Shown: in pieces, positions 8,183-16,095 of the stretch | Position numbering within the stretch: the first letter of the stretch is position 1 | How the letters are laid out: each line of letters starts with the position of its first letter | IMG/VR virus record: IMGVR_UViG_3300046059_000043 | Location: 1 to 57,451 of that record | DNA from: a virus | Reading direction: 5' to 3' (one strand) | DNA length: 57,451 bases | Notes under the pieces: model-generated | The model's database searches: none | What the model was told of the DNA's origin: nothing | The model's input: only the letters and a program-made list of their open reading frames with translations | Translations under genes and position numbers: made by a program

Positions 8183-8196
8183 CGGTGATCGGTTTT

Positions 8197-8697
8197 ATGA
8201 GCGAGTCAGGAGCAGAGCCAGAGCCGGATTGGATGGAGGTCAAGCCCGGGCGGCTCTCAGTGTCAGGCCGGTCGCTTGTTGACGAGGAGGAGGTCGTCGT
8301 GGCCGAGGTGAACGGGCTGGCCTATCCGGAGGGCGTCCTCACAGAGATCGCGTGGCGGTACAACAAGTATCCGGGCCTAAAGAGCACCCGGAGTGATCTC
8401 CGAGAGGCGATCTCTGATGCCTGCTTCGCGCTGAATCACGGCAATACTGATCGTGCGAAAGGGTACCTGCTATTCGCCCTCGGCGAACGAAAACGGCCAT
8501 CTGATGAGCAGCAGTTGCGGGAGGCGCTCACCACACGTCGCTCCCACGACCGCATCTCCGGCACGGGCATCCTGCGGAGGGCAGCCGAGCAGGTGGATTC
8601 TCAGGCCCTGGCCCGAGACCTGATGTCGATGGCGTCGGATGTCGACGCCGCCCTGAACGGCAGCTCCGCTAACGACAGCCCCGCCAGCGATGAGTGA
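8197..8697 (+). CDS. hypothetical protein (166 aa)
   Basis: ORF track gives 8185..8697. The first ATG is at 8197 (MSESGAEPE...). Confidence 0.6.
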   Translation: MSESGAEPEPDWMEVKPGRLSVSGRSLVDEEEVVVAEVNGLAYPEGVLTEIAWRYNKYPGLKSTRSDLREAISDACFALNHGNTDRAKGYLLFALGERKRPSDEQQLREALTTRRSHDRISGTGILRRAAEQVDSQALARDLMSMASDVDAALNGSSANDSPASDE

Positions 8698-8983
8698 CCC
8701 GCTCTACCAGGTTGTCCACTACCTGAATAGCAATCTCACGGATCTCGGCGTGAAGCTGAAGGTGGGCATGGAGACGACTGTGCGGACAACCGTCATTATC
8801 GGCCCCCTAGAGCATGAAACGGATCTGCATGTGCGCATCACTGAGGAAGGGTGGGAGCTGGCCGGTCCGGAGGCTCAGGTCCAGCGCATCGAAGAGGAGA
8901 TCCGAGACCGGCTCGCCGTCCGGCCCCGATTGAGGAGCCGATTTCTGGAGCCGGTCTCGGATCTCCTCATCGCAACAGCATGA
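8690..8983 (+). CDS. hypothetical protein (97 aa)
   Basis: ORF track. The start overlaps the previous stop by 8 nt. Confidence 0.6.
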   Translation: MSDPLYQVVHYLNSNLTDLGVKLKVGMETTVRTTVIIGPLEHETDLHVRITEEGWELAGPEAQVQRIEEEIRDRLAVRPRLRSRFLEPVSDLLIATA

Positions 8984-9225
8984 AATTCGGTAAAATCTAC
9001 CACATACCCATGTCAAAACTCTCCGACAAAGGCGACCTGACCGGCCTGGCCGAAGACCTTGAGGCAGTGTTCGAGGAGCACAGGTTTTCGGATGTAGCCC
9101 TCGGGGTCGCGTTCACCTTGCCCGAGAATCGGCGCAAGGCCCATTGGGTCACCAACGTGTCAAGGGAGCAGGTCATCCAGCTCTTCGCGGGGACTGCCCA
9201 GAAGATGCAGTCCGAGGTGAACTGA
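8980..9225 (+). CDS. hypothetical protein (81 aa)
   Basis: The ATG at 8980 overlaps the upstream TGA (ATGA). The ORF-track form 8851..9225 would overlap most of the previous gene. Confidence 0.55.
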   Translation: MKFGKIYHIPMSKLSDKGDLTGLAEDLEAVFEEHRFSDVALGVAFTLPENRRKAHWVTNVSREQVIQLFAGTAQKMQSEVN

Positions 9226-9336
9226 TCCTACCCAGGGCAACCCTTCATGAGGCTCCAAAGAGCGACAGCTACGAAGAAACAGATAGAGCACCCACTTGCA
9301 GAGCATCTACTTACGAATAGCACCCTTCACTACCCA

Positions 9337-9363
9337 CTCATAAGGCGCAACAGACGCTATGAG
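9337..9363. repeat. 27-bp sequence CTCATAAGGCGCAACAGACGCTATGAG, repeated in perfect inverted orientation at 56682..56708
   Basis: The reverse complement of 56682-56708 equals 9337-9363 exactly. Both copies include a start codon and its 22-nt leader. Confidence 0.9.
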
Positions 9364-9943
9364 CAGGCAAAAGAAGCTCCCGAAAGTTCTCTCCAATGAG
9401 GAGACGGACTCTCTCTTTCAGCAACCGAACCGGCGCTACTTCAGCCCGCACCGCGATTACCTGATGATGCGGGTCATGCTGATGGCCGGGCTGCGGGCCG
9501 AGGAGGTGACGACGCTTCGGCCCGAGCACGTAGACCTTCAGACCGGCAAGACGAATGTCGTGGAGGGCAAGGGCGCGAAGGACCGCAACGTGTGGCTCTC
9601 CGATGGGGTCTTGTCGGAGCTGCGGGAGTGGCGGGCGCGGCGGGCAAATGCGGATCTCGGGTCGCAGTCCGCCGCCCCCCTCTTCCCGACGCAGAACGGG
9701 ACGGCGGTCGCGACCTCTCACCTGCGGCGTTCGGTAAGCCGGTACGCCAGCGATGCTGAGATCCGCGGGGTCTCCCGCGTGAGTCCGCACACGCTCAGGC
9801 ACACCTTCGCCACGCGCCTCTACAAGCAAACCGGCGACATTCGGCTGGTCCAGAAGGCGCTCGGGCACTCCGACGTGTCGACGACGATGATCTACACCCA
9901 CATCGTTGACGACGACTTGTCCAGCGCGATGCGGAGCCTGTAG
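9359..9943 (+). CDS. int: Tyrosine recombinase/integrase, catalytic domain only (194 aa)
   Basis: Catalytic signature: MAGLRAEE (Arg I), EGKGAKDR (Lys), HTLRHTFAT (His-x-x-Arg), LGHSD (His), TMIYTH (Tyr). The protein starts at the beginning of the catalytic domain, with no N-terminal core-binding domain. Confidence 0.85.
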   Translation: MSRQKKLPKVLSNEETDSLFQQPNRRYFSPHRDYLMMRVMLMAGLRAEEVTTLRPEHVDLQTGKTNVVEGKGAKDRNVWLSDGVLSELREWRARRANADLGSQSAAPLFPTQNGTAVATSHLRRSVSRYASDAEIRGVSRVSPHTLRHTFATRLYKQTGDIRLVQKALGHSDVSTTMIYTHIVDDDLSSAMRSL

Positions 9944-9986
9944 GGGGACCCCCCTCGTAGACCTGTCGCTCAGAACCGCGCCCCTC

Positions 9987-10250
9987 ATGACTATTGCAGA
10001 CCACACTGTCCAGTATTGTAAGGAGCATGATCTCCCGGGCGTATCTGCGGGCGATCTCGGTGTCATCGGCGACATCGCCGAGCGCTCAGGTGTCGCGGAG
10101 CGGAATACCATGAATCCGCACCCCCTGAATCGGCGTGACAACGTGCTCGCAGGGCTAGAGCGAGATGAGCGGTTTGAGAAGCATTACTACCGTGGTCACG
10201 ATTCGAGAGGCAGGACCCGCACGCTCCGCAGATTCATGCTCAGAGAGTGA
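9987..10250 (+). CDS. hypothetical protein (87 aa)
   Basis: ORF track gives 9906..10250. The first ATG past the integrase stop is at 9987. Confidence 0.5.
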   Translation: MTIADHTVQYCKEHDLPGVSAGDLGVIGDIAERSGVAERNTMNPHPLNRRDNVLAGLERDERFEKHYYRGHDSRGRTRTLRRFMLRE

Positions 10251-11107
10251 GCGAGGCATCTTCTTTCGACTCAACAATCCCCTTCAACGCGATGGCAGAT
10301 TCCGACCAGAGTCCTTCTGGAAATGCAGCCCAGGGTTCTTCCGGCGCTGAGGAGAAGTATGACTGGCCTGTGCGAAGCCGATTCCAAAAGAAGTATCTCC
10401 CCTACGGGGTGCGGATCTGCGATGAGACCCTGAATGAGATCCGCGTGTTCAAAGACTGCAAGGTAGTGACTGCTGCTGAAAACGGGAGGAAGGCCGTAGT
10501 TATAGAAACCCGTGAGGGAAAGCTTCGAGCGAGGTACGGAGACTGGATCATGGAGGACTCAGAGGGCAGCCACTACCCCATCGCGCACGAAGAGCTTCGG
10601 AAGACATATGAGCCGGTAGATGACGACCGGCTGAGAGCGCCTAACCAGTCATCTACTTCCGAAACCAACCGACAGGTTGATATGCCGACTAAAGAGGACG
10701 CATCGCGCTTTAGCGGTGAGGTGGCCGAGAGGCTCTCCGATCACCATGAGGAAATCGACGTGATCGCCCCGTCCAATGAGTTTCAGGGGACGCGCCAGGG
10801 GTTCTGGACGGTCCGCCTATCGAGCTTCGAGATCCGCTCAGAGCTGGAGTTTGCGGTCTGGCCCTGCCGCAAAGAGGACCGGTATCACCTGGGCGTTCGC
10901 CTGTTTGGGCAAGGAATTCAGGTGTGCCCGAACGGCCTGTTTGGTCACTCGCGCCAACTCAATTCCCTTCACACGAGTCCCGGCACGGCCTATCACCGTC
11001 TCATGGGACTCTTGAACGCGCAGGCGATCGCTCTGGGCGCTGAGGCTGAGGCTCCGGATTCTTCTGATCAGGGCGCGGATGCCGTTTCTGAGGACTGGAT
11101 TACCTGA
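10247..11107 (+). CDS. hypothetical protein (about 286 aa)
   Basis: ORF track. The GTG at 10247 overlaps the upstream TGA. An alternative ATG lies at 10292. Confidence 0.6.
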   Translation: MSEASSFDSTIPFNAMADSDQSPSGNAAQGSSGAEEKYDWPVRSRFQKKYLPYGVRICDETLNEIRVFKDCKVVTAAENGRKAVVIETREGKLRARYGDWIMEDSEGSHYPIAHEELRKTYEPVDDDRLRAPNQSSTSETNRQVDMPTKEDASRFSGEVAERLSDHHEEIDVIAPSNEFQGTRQGFWTVRLSSFEIRSELEFAVWPCRKEDRYHLGVRLFGQGIQVCPNGLFGHSRQLNSLHTSPGTAYHRLMGLLNAQAIALGAEAEAPDSSDQGADAVSEDWIT

Positions 11108-11115
11108 GCAGGTTC

Positions 11116-11130
11116 GAAACCGACAGGTTC
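11116..11130 (+). promoter_or_regulatory. GAAACCGACAGGTTC element, 2 nt upstream of the ATG at 11133
   Basis: The same 16-mer, CGAAACCGACAGGTTC, recurs at 15522-15537. It is a near-variant of the GAACC-N4-GGTTC palindrome. Confidence 0.4.
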
Positions 11131-11132
11131 AA

Positions 11133-11423
11133 ATGCGACAGACGCGGCTTTTTGACGGGAAGGCAAACAGGGATCCCCGGATCTCGTACCTGAAAGAGGC
11201 GGCGCGCGTTGCCGCCGAAGGCTACTGGAACCACGCCCTCACCGCTTTTGACCGGCGCCCGGTTGAGGTCCAAGGCGAAAAGGTGAGTGACCTCTTGGGG
11301 GCTGAGTGCGAGCGGTGCGGGGCCTACGTGCACGTGCGTCCGGAGGCGAAAGGCGGGCAGCCCAGCCTGCCACCGATCGAAGGACCCGCCGTCTCCACAA
11401 AGTGTGATAAAGCCCCTGAGTGA
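11133..11423 (+). CDS. hypothetical protein (96 aa) with a CxxC pair
   Basis: ORF track gives 11079..11423. The first ATG outside the upstream gene is at 11133 (MRQTRLF...). Contains GAECERCGAYVH. Confidence 0.5.
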   Translation: MRQTRLFDGKANRDPRISYLKEAARVAAEGYWNHALTAFDRRPVEVQGEKVSDLLGAECERCGAYVHVRPEAKGGQPSLPPIEGPAVSTKCDKAPE

Positions 11424-11424
11424 A

Positions 11425-11748
11425 ATGAAACAGAAAGTTGCCATCGCTCGCGCGAAGCAGGTCCTCGCCCCCGAGATCAAAGGGCACTGCCCCACGGAGA
11501 TCCCCATTCACCTGAGTGCCTCGGAGGATCCGACCGAGGTGATCGGATGGCTCGTCGGACAGGCGTACGTGAATTACCTCACTGATGACGGCCTCTCCGA
11601 GGGAAAGGCCAAAGAAATCGTTGCTGATCTCGCCAGCAGCAGCACTGTCAGCCTGGATGTGATCGTGCCGAAGGAGGCGACAGCTTCCGAATCGACAGAT
11701 TCAGGACTGAAAGGTCCACAATCGACAGATTCGGAACCGACAGCGTAA
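11425..11748 (+). CDS. hypothetical protein (107 aa)
   Basis: ATG at 11425 (MKQKVAIARAK...) inside ORF-track entry 11287..11748. The 3' end carries AATCGACAGATTC direct repeats. Confidence 0.5.
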   Translation: MKQKVAIARAKQVLAPEIKGHCPTEIPIHLSASEDPTEVIGWLVGQAYVNYLTDDGLSEGKAKEIVADLASSSTVSLDVIVPKEATASESTDSGLKGPQSTDSEPTA

Positions 11749-11779
11749 GAACCAACAGGGTCATAAGCGAAAGCTCAAG

Positions 11780-12040
11780 ATGGATCCCTTTGAGACCCCT
11801 CAAGACGAGACCCCGCCCCGCATCATCGAGGGGCGCGATTACTTCGACGAGACCGACGGGGCCAAAGAGCGGGCCGCCTGGTGCCACTGTCCGTACTGCC
11901 TGCGCCCGTTTTCCATCTCGCGCTGGCAGTACAAGGGGATCGTGCACATGGATTGCCGCTGGACAGATTGCAATTACAGCTTTCAGGGCGACCTCCGGGA
12001 GTTCGACACCGAGGCCCGCGACAAGCCGCTTTACGAGTGA
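11780..12040 (+). CDS. Small Cys-rich (zinc-finger-like) protein (86 aa)
   Basis: Contains CHCPYC ... HMDCRWTDC. Confidence 0.55.
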   Translation: MDPFETPQDETPPRIIEGRDYFDETDGAKERAAWCHCPYCLRPFSISRWQYKGIVHMDCRWTDCNYSFQGDLREFDTEARDKPLYE

Positions 12041-12091
12041 GCTGAAACAGGCGTGAGCTTTCCCACGTAGTAATAACAGGAACTGCTTGTC

Positions 12092-12376
12092 ATGTCCCTT
12101 GAGAAGCTCAAAGAGAGGGTCCTTACCGTCACGCAGGCCGCGCAGGAAAAGGGCTGTGAGCGGAAAACGATCCGCCGAGCCGTGTATCGGGGCGACCTGA
12201 CCCGGTTTGAACTCGGCGTCCCGCAGCGCGTCCTCATTCTCCGCGATAAGCGCTACAAGGAGTGGGAGCCGGACCCAGTCCCATTTCAGTTTCGATCCTT
12301 GGACGAGATTCGGGCGGAGGAAAGTGATACGACAGAAAACGGCTCAACCGAAGACGACTCAACTGAAGACGATTGA
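12092..12376 (+). CDS. Helix-turn-helix DNA-binding protein, possibly excisionase-like or a regulator (94 aa)
   Basis: LTVTQAAQEKGCERKTIRRAVYRGDL is an HTH-like segment near the N-terminus, followed by an acidic tail. Confidence 0.55.
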   Translation: MSLEKLKERVLTVTQAAQEKGCERKTIRRAVYRGDLTRFELGVPQRVLILRDKRYKEWEPDPVPFQFRSLDEIRAEESDTTENGSTEDDSTEDD

Positions 12377-12424
12377 GCAACCCGCCGATTCCCGCCGCAC
12401 ATTCGCGCAGCAGACGGAGCAGAA

Positions 12425-13249
12425 ATGTTTTTTGCACAGGCTAACCATGAGAAACAGGCCGCCGAGGCGCTGAACAGGTCCCTCGCCGAGCACGAGCCGC
12501 GGTCCGTCTTTCTGCTTTTCAGCGGCGGACACGACTCGCTCGTATCCACCCACTTCTCGAACCTGTTTCTGCGGTCGAAGGGGCTGGATCCGACCGTCCT
12601 GCATATTGACACGACGATCAGCGTCCCCGAAAATGAGCAGTTCGTCCGGCAGACGGCCCGCGACCTGAAGTGGGCACTGCGGATCATCCGTAATGAGGAG
12701 CATGACGGCAAATCCTACGAGGAGTGGGTCCTCGATGAGGGCTTCCCGACCCCGTTGGACCACGTGTTCGTCTACGCCCACCTGAAGCGGGAGGCCATCC
12801 GCCAAGTCGTGCGCGAAGAGAAAGAGGAGCGCTCAGATCGGGTCCTATTCGTCACCGGCGTCTACGCGGGGGAGTCCGGTCGCCGGGCCGGGTTCCACGA
12901 ACCAGAGAAGCGGGTCGGCGCTCAGGTGTGGGTCAACCCCTGCTTCGACTGGTCCGAGTCTCAAATGGCTGAGTATCGCCGCCGCCATCACTTGCCGACA
13001 AATGAGCTCGCTGCCGAGTACGGAACCTCGCCGGAGTGCCTCTGCGGAGCGTTCGCGCACCCTGGTGACCTGGAGGCTGTTGAGCACATCTGCCCGGCCC
13101 TGGCCGCAAAAATTCGGAAGCTCGATGAGATGACGACAGGGCGGGGGTATCCCTGGAGCTGGGACCACGATGAGATTCCCCAGCGCTGGAAACAGGAAAA
13201 AGAAGGTCAGAAGTCCCTTTTCGAGCCTCTTTGCACAGACTGTGGATAA
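12425..13249 (+). CDS. PAPS-reductase-family PP-loop ATP pyrophosphatase, paralog 1 (274 aa)
   Basis: PP-loop VFLLFSGGHDSLVSTH, a later ECLCG element and a C-terminal CTDCG. Clearly paralogous to 13818..14720. Confidence 0.75.
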   Translation: MFFAQANHEKQAAEALNRSLAEHEPRSVFLLFSGGHDSLVSTHFSNLFLRSKGLDPTVLHIDTTISVPENEQFVRQTARDLKWALRIIRNEEHDGKSYEEWVLDEGFPTPLDHVFVYAHLKREAIRQVVREEKEERSDRVLFVTGVYAGESGRRAGFHEPEKRVGAQVWVNPCFDWSESQMAEYRRRHHLPTNELAAEYGTSPECLCGAFAHPGDLEAVEHICPALAAKIRKLDEMTTGRGYPWSWDHDEIPQRWKQEKEGQKSLFEPLCTDCG

Positions 13250-13254
13250 CTGCT

Positions 13255-13812
13255 ATGCCCACCCGCTGTATTCGGTGCAACAGACCGCTTTCCGATCCTC
13301 GCTCTATCGCCCGAGGCATGGGGCCGGTGTGCGCCCGAAAGTCCGGCTTCACCGGCGAGAAGACCTCCAGGGAGATGCGAGACTTCCACGACGCCCGCGT
13401 GTGGGAGGACGTTACCCTCCAGGACGCCCTCGTGCTAGAGCGGGAGCCCCGCTCTGAGAAGATGGACCTGGCGAAGACCAACGTGCCGCACTTGGTCGTG
13501 CACCACTCCCCGACCGGCTTTGAGTGGGGGTACTCCGGGTCCGGGCCCGCCGACCTGGCGCTCAACGTCGTGCACTTCTTTGTCGAGGAGATGGACCTGG
13601 CCGAAGAGACGCAGGAGAGAGTGGTTGAGTGCCGTGAAGGAGAGGTTTCCCAGCTCGCCTGGGACCTGCACATCCCGTTCAAGGAGGAGGTGATCGCCAA
13701 TATCAGTGAGGATGGGGGCCGCCTCACCCCGACGCGGATCCGGGACTGGATCATGGAAGCCGCTGAGAATCGGTTCCATGACTCCGGCCCACAAGACACC
13801 CAAGTACAGTAA
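13255..13812 (+). CDS. Zinc-ribbon protein (RCIRCNRPLSDPRSIARGMGPVCARK) with a C-terminal domain of unknown function (185 aa)
   Basis: ATG at 13255. From memory, the CxxC...GxGPxC motif resembles small actinophage proteins of the DUF6011 type, and VVHHSPTGFEWGYSGSGPADLA resembles DUF6166. HMM confirmation is needed. Confidence 0.5.
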   Translation: MPTRCIRCNRPLSDPRSIARGMGPVCARKSGFTGEKTSREMRDFHDARVWEDVTLQDALVLEREPRSEKMDLAKTNVPHLVVHHSPTGFEWGYSGSGPADLALNVVHFFVEEMDLAEETQERVVECREGEVSQLAWDLHIPFKEEVIANISEDGGRLTPTRIRDWIMEAAENRFHDSGPQDTQVQ

Positions 13813-13817
13813 ACCCG

Positions 13818-14720
13818 ATGAGCACGCTTCAAGAAGCGCTCCACAAAGGCAAAACGGCTCTCCGCGAGGCCATCGGTGAGCATGAGCCGAACCAGGTGTT
13901 CGCGGCCTTCTCCGGCGGGACCGACTCGCTGGTTGCGGCCCACGCCCTGCATAAGGCGCGGCTCGGCTGTATTGGAACGCCGGTGGCCGCGCTCCACATC
14001 AACACCGGCATCGGGATGCAGCGCACCCGAAAGTACGTGCGCAGCACCTGCGATCGGATGGGGTGGGACTTGGTTGAAGAGAAGGCCACCGACAACGGCC
14101 ACCGCTATGAGGACCTGGTGCGGGGGAAGCAAAAGGGTGTGCCGGGCGGCTTTCCAGGCCCGCCCCTGCACCCGCTCTACTACCGCTACCTCAAGGAGCG
14201 CCAGATTGAGCAGGTCCACCGCGATTATAAGGGGGGGCGGGGCGGCAAGATTATGCTCGTCACCGGCATCCGGGCCGACGAGAGCCGCGTGCGGGCCGGA
14301 TACGAGAACGGGTGGATCTCCCATCACAATGGCGTCGTCTGGGTCAACCTGATCTACGACGTGACCGCCAGCCAGAAGCAAACCTACATCGACACCTTCG
14401 GCCTGGAGACCAACCCCGTCTCCGACGTGTTCGGAATGAGCGGGGAATGCCTCTGTGGGTGCTTCGACGAGAACGGCGGTCGGCTGACCGAACTGAAAGC
14501 CTGCTGCAAGCGTTTTGATGAGATGGAGACCTACCGGCGCATCACGGGCCTTCAAGACGAGGTCTCCGATCGATACCCGTGGCGATGGGACGAGCGGAAG
14601 CCCGGCTGGGCCAAGCAGGCCGAAGAGGGGCAGCTTGCGTTTGAGGGCCTTCCCGGCGCAGAGAAAAATAACCGCCTCGCTCACATGTGCGTCGGGTGCG
14701 GGAAGTCAGGGACCGCGTAA
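13818..14720 (+). CDS. PAPS-reductase-family PP-loop ATP pyrophosphatase, paralog 2 (300 aa)
   Basis: PP-loop VFAAFSGGTDSLVAAH, GECLCGCF, YPWRWD, C-terminal CVGCG. It aligns by eye with paralog 1 along its whole length. Confidence 0.75.
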   Translation: MSTLQEALHKGKTALREAIGEHEPNQVFAAFSGGTDSLVAAHALHKARLGCIGTPVAALHINTGIGMQRTRKYVRSTCDRMGWDLVEEKATDNGHRYEDLVRGKQKGVPGGFPGPPLHPLYYRYLKERQIEQVHRDYKGGRGGKIMLVTGIRADESRVRAGYENGWISHHNGVVWVNLIYDVTASQKQTYIDTFGLETNPVSDVFGMSGECLCGCFDENGGRLTELKACCKRFDEMETYRRITGLQDEVSDRYPWRWDERKPGWAKQAEEGQLAFEGLPGAEKNNRLAHMCVGCGKSGTA

Positions 14721-14749
14721 CCGATTCATATTCAGAGCCAACAGCTCGT

Positions 14750-15496
14750 ATGGGCGGATCAAATACGGAAGTCATCGTCAAGTACGTCGACTCGGAGACG
14801 GGCGAGAAGGTACCGAGAGATAAGGTCTCCGAAAAGGTGCGCCGCCTGGCCCCGGACTACCGCAAGGATGCCGTGCCGGACCTTGGGCCAGAAGACGACT
14901 TCGACTGCGACGAGCTTGCGGAGAAGTATGGCATCTGTGGGGCAGAGACGAGCGATGGCACCCCCTGCATGTTTCGAGCCGGAAGGGACACAGACCACTT
15001 CGGCTTTGGGCGCTGTTTCCGCCACGATAGTGACAGCACACTGACGAAAGGGCGGTACTCGAAACTCCGCGGGAAGATCGCGGACCGATACCACCGCCAC
15101 AAGAAGGGCAAAAACCCCTTGGACATCACCGACGAGATCGCCGCGATGCGCGCGCTCTTTGAGACGTTTATCAACGATTACGACCAGATCCGCGAGGACC
15201 TGCGCGCGTGGAACGAAGCGGAGCGAGAGGAAAGCAGCGCTGGGATTAGCCGCCCTCGCCGCCTGCCCGCCCTCCGGGACGGCTTCGAGATGCTTCAGGG
15301 CCTCTCGAAGGTGGCCCAGCGCCAACAGCAGATCGACATGGAGGATGCAGTCTCACGCCGCGAACTCAGAAGAGTCCTCCAGGAGTTTGCCCGCGTGGTC
15401 GAGCAGGAGATCCCCAAAGACATTCCCGAGGACTTAGATGGAGACGAGCTGATCCGCCGCATCAAGGACGGCTGGAACAAGATCCACATTTACTGA
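14750..15496 (+). CDS. hypothetical protein with a zinc-ribbon-like motif (248 aa)
   Basis: ATG at 14750 (MGGSNTEV...). Contains CGAETSDGTPCMFRAGRDTDHFGFGRCFRH and a helical C-terminal half. Confidence 0.55.
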   Translation: MGGSNTEVIVKYVDSETGEKVPRDKVSEKVRRLAPDYRKDAVPDLGPEDDFDCDELAEKYGICGAETSDGTPCMFRAGRDTDHFGFGRCFRHDSDSTLTKGRYSKLRGKIADRYHRHKKGKNPLDITDEIAAMRALFETFINDYDQIREDLRAWNEAEREESSAGISRPRRLPALRDGFEMLQGLSKVAQRQQQIDMEDAVSRRELRRVLQEFARVVEQEIPKDIPEDLDGDELIRRIKDGWNKIHIY

Positions 15497-15508
15497 CAGC
15501 AGGTCCAT

Positions 15509-15537
15509 GAAGCGACAGCTTCGAAACCGACAGGTTC
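15509..15537 (+). promoter_or_regulatory. Two adjacent GACA-loop hairpins or palindromes: GAAGCGACAGCTTC followed by GAAACCGACAGGTTC
   Basis: Read directly. They fill the 47-nt spacer before the GTG start at 15544. Confidence 0.4.
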
Positions 15538-15543
15538 TGACCC

Positions 15544-16080
15544 GTGCCTGAGCAGTGGCAGTACCACATCACGACCGCCGACGAGGAGCGCGCCCTGAAG
15601 GAGGCGCGGCGCCGGTGCGATCACAAGACGCGCCGCTCGGTGCCCTCGAACAAGGTCGACACCGAAGCGAGCGAGCTGGAGGTGCACGTTCGAGGGGTGT
15701 ACGGGGAGATCGCGTTTGCCAACCTGTTCGATGTCGGCCTCGACACGAAGGCGCGCATTAACGGGGACGGCGGGATCGACTTCCAGTTTACCTCCGGCCT
15801 CACCATCGACGTGAAGACCCGCTCGCAGCCGGGCCGCGACCTGGCCCTCTTCTCCCCGACCCTGCCGGGGCGCTCGGCGCACGTGTTCGTCCTCTGCTGG
15901 CGCATCACGCGCCGCACGTACCAGCTCGCCGGATGGACGACCCCCGTCGGCTTCCTCTTTGACGGGCGCGTGGAGCGCTTCCCACAGATGGGCGAGCGCC
16001 TCCTCGCTCAGCCGCAGGACCTGATGCCCCTCTCCGCCCTGAAACAACTCCGAACCGAGTGGCATTCCTCACTTGACTAA
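15544..16080 (+). CDS. Putative PD-(D/E)XK-fold nuclease (178 aa)
   Basis: GEIAFANLF ... DGGIDFQFTSGLTIDVKT fits a D...(D/E)xK arrangement. GTG start. The assignment is tentative. Confidence 0.35.
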   Translation: MPEQWQYHITTADEERALKEARRRCDHKTRRSVPSNKVDTEASELEVHVRGVYGEIAFANLFDVGLDTKARINGDGGIDFQFTSGLTIDVKTRSQPGRDLALFSPTLPGRSAHVFVLCWRITRRTYQLAGWTTPVGFLFDGRVERFPQMGERLLAQPQDLMPLSALKQLRTEWHSSLD

Positions 16081-16095
16081 CCCCTGACTTTTGAC

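Noticed and set aside
9944-9960. GGGGGACCCCCC after the integrase stop as an att or terminal-repeat-related site, because the window starts with GGGGGACCC.
   Set aside because: Only 9 nt are shared with the terminal repeat, which is an assembly overlap and not a biological terminus. A G5/C6 run with a 1-nt centre cannot form a hairpin.
11690-11745. AATCGACAGATTC direct repeats and related CGACAG units as an iteron array or origin.
   Set aside because: They lie inside the 3' end of ORF 11425..11748 and encode a repeated STDS peptide. There are only two good copies. They may simply be relatives of the GAACC-N4-GGTTC family captured in coding sequence.
12933-14684. Very long antisense ORFs opposite real genes. 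Examples are 12933..14684 (583 aa), 21329..22711 (460 aa), 27652..28824 (390 aa), 34394..35440 (348 aa), 29603..30580, 17921..18838, 5825..6742 and 9338..10141.
   Set aside because: They lie opposite genes with clear family motifs. They are Arg/Gly/Pro/Leu/Val-rich, as expected for stop-poor shadow frames in GC-rich DNA. Their third codon positions coincide with first or second positions of the sense genes.
14750-15496. The zinc-ribbon protein as the small terminase subunit.
   Set aside because: It is separated from terL by more than 5 kb and ten genes, and I can point to no diagnostic motif. It is left as hypothetical. No convincing TerS candidate was identified.
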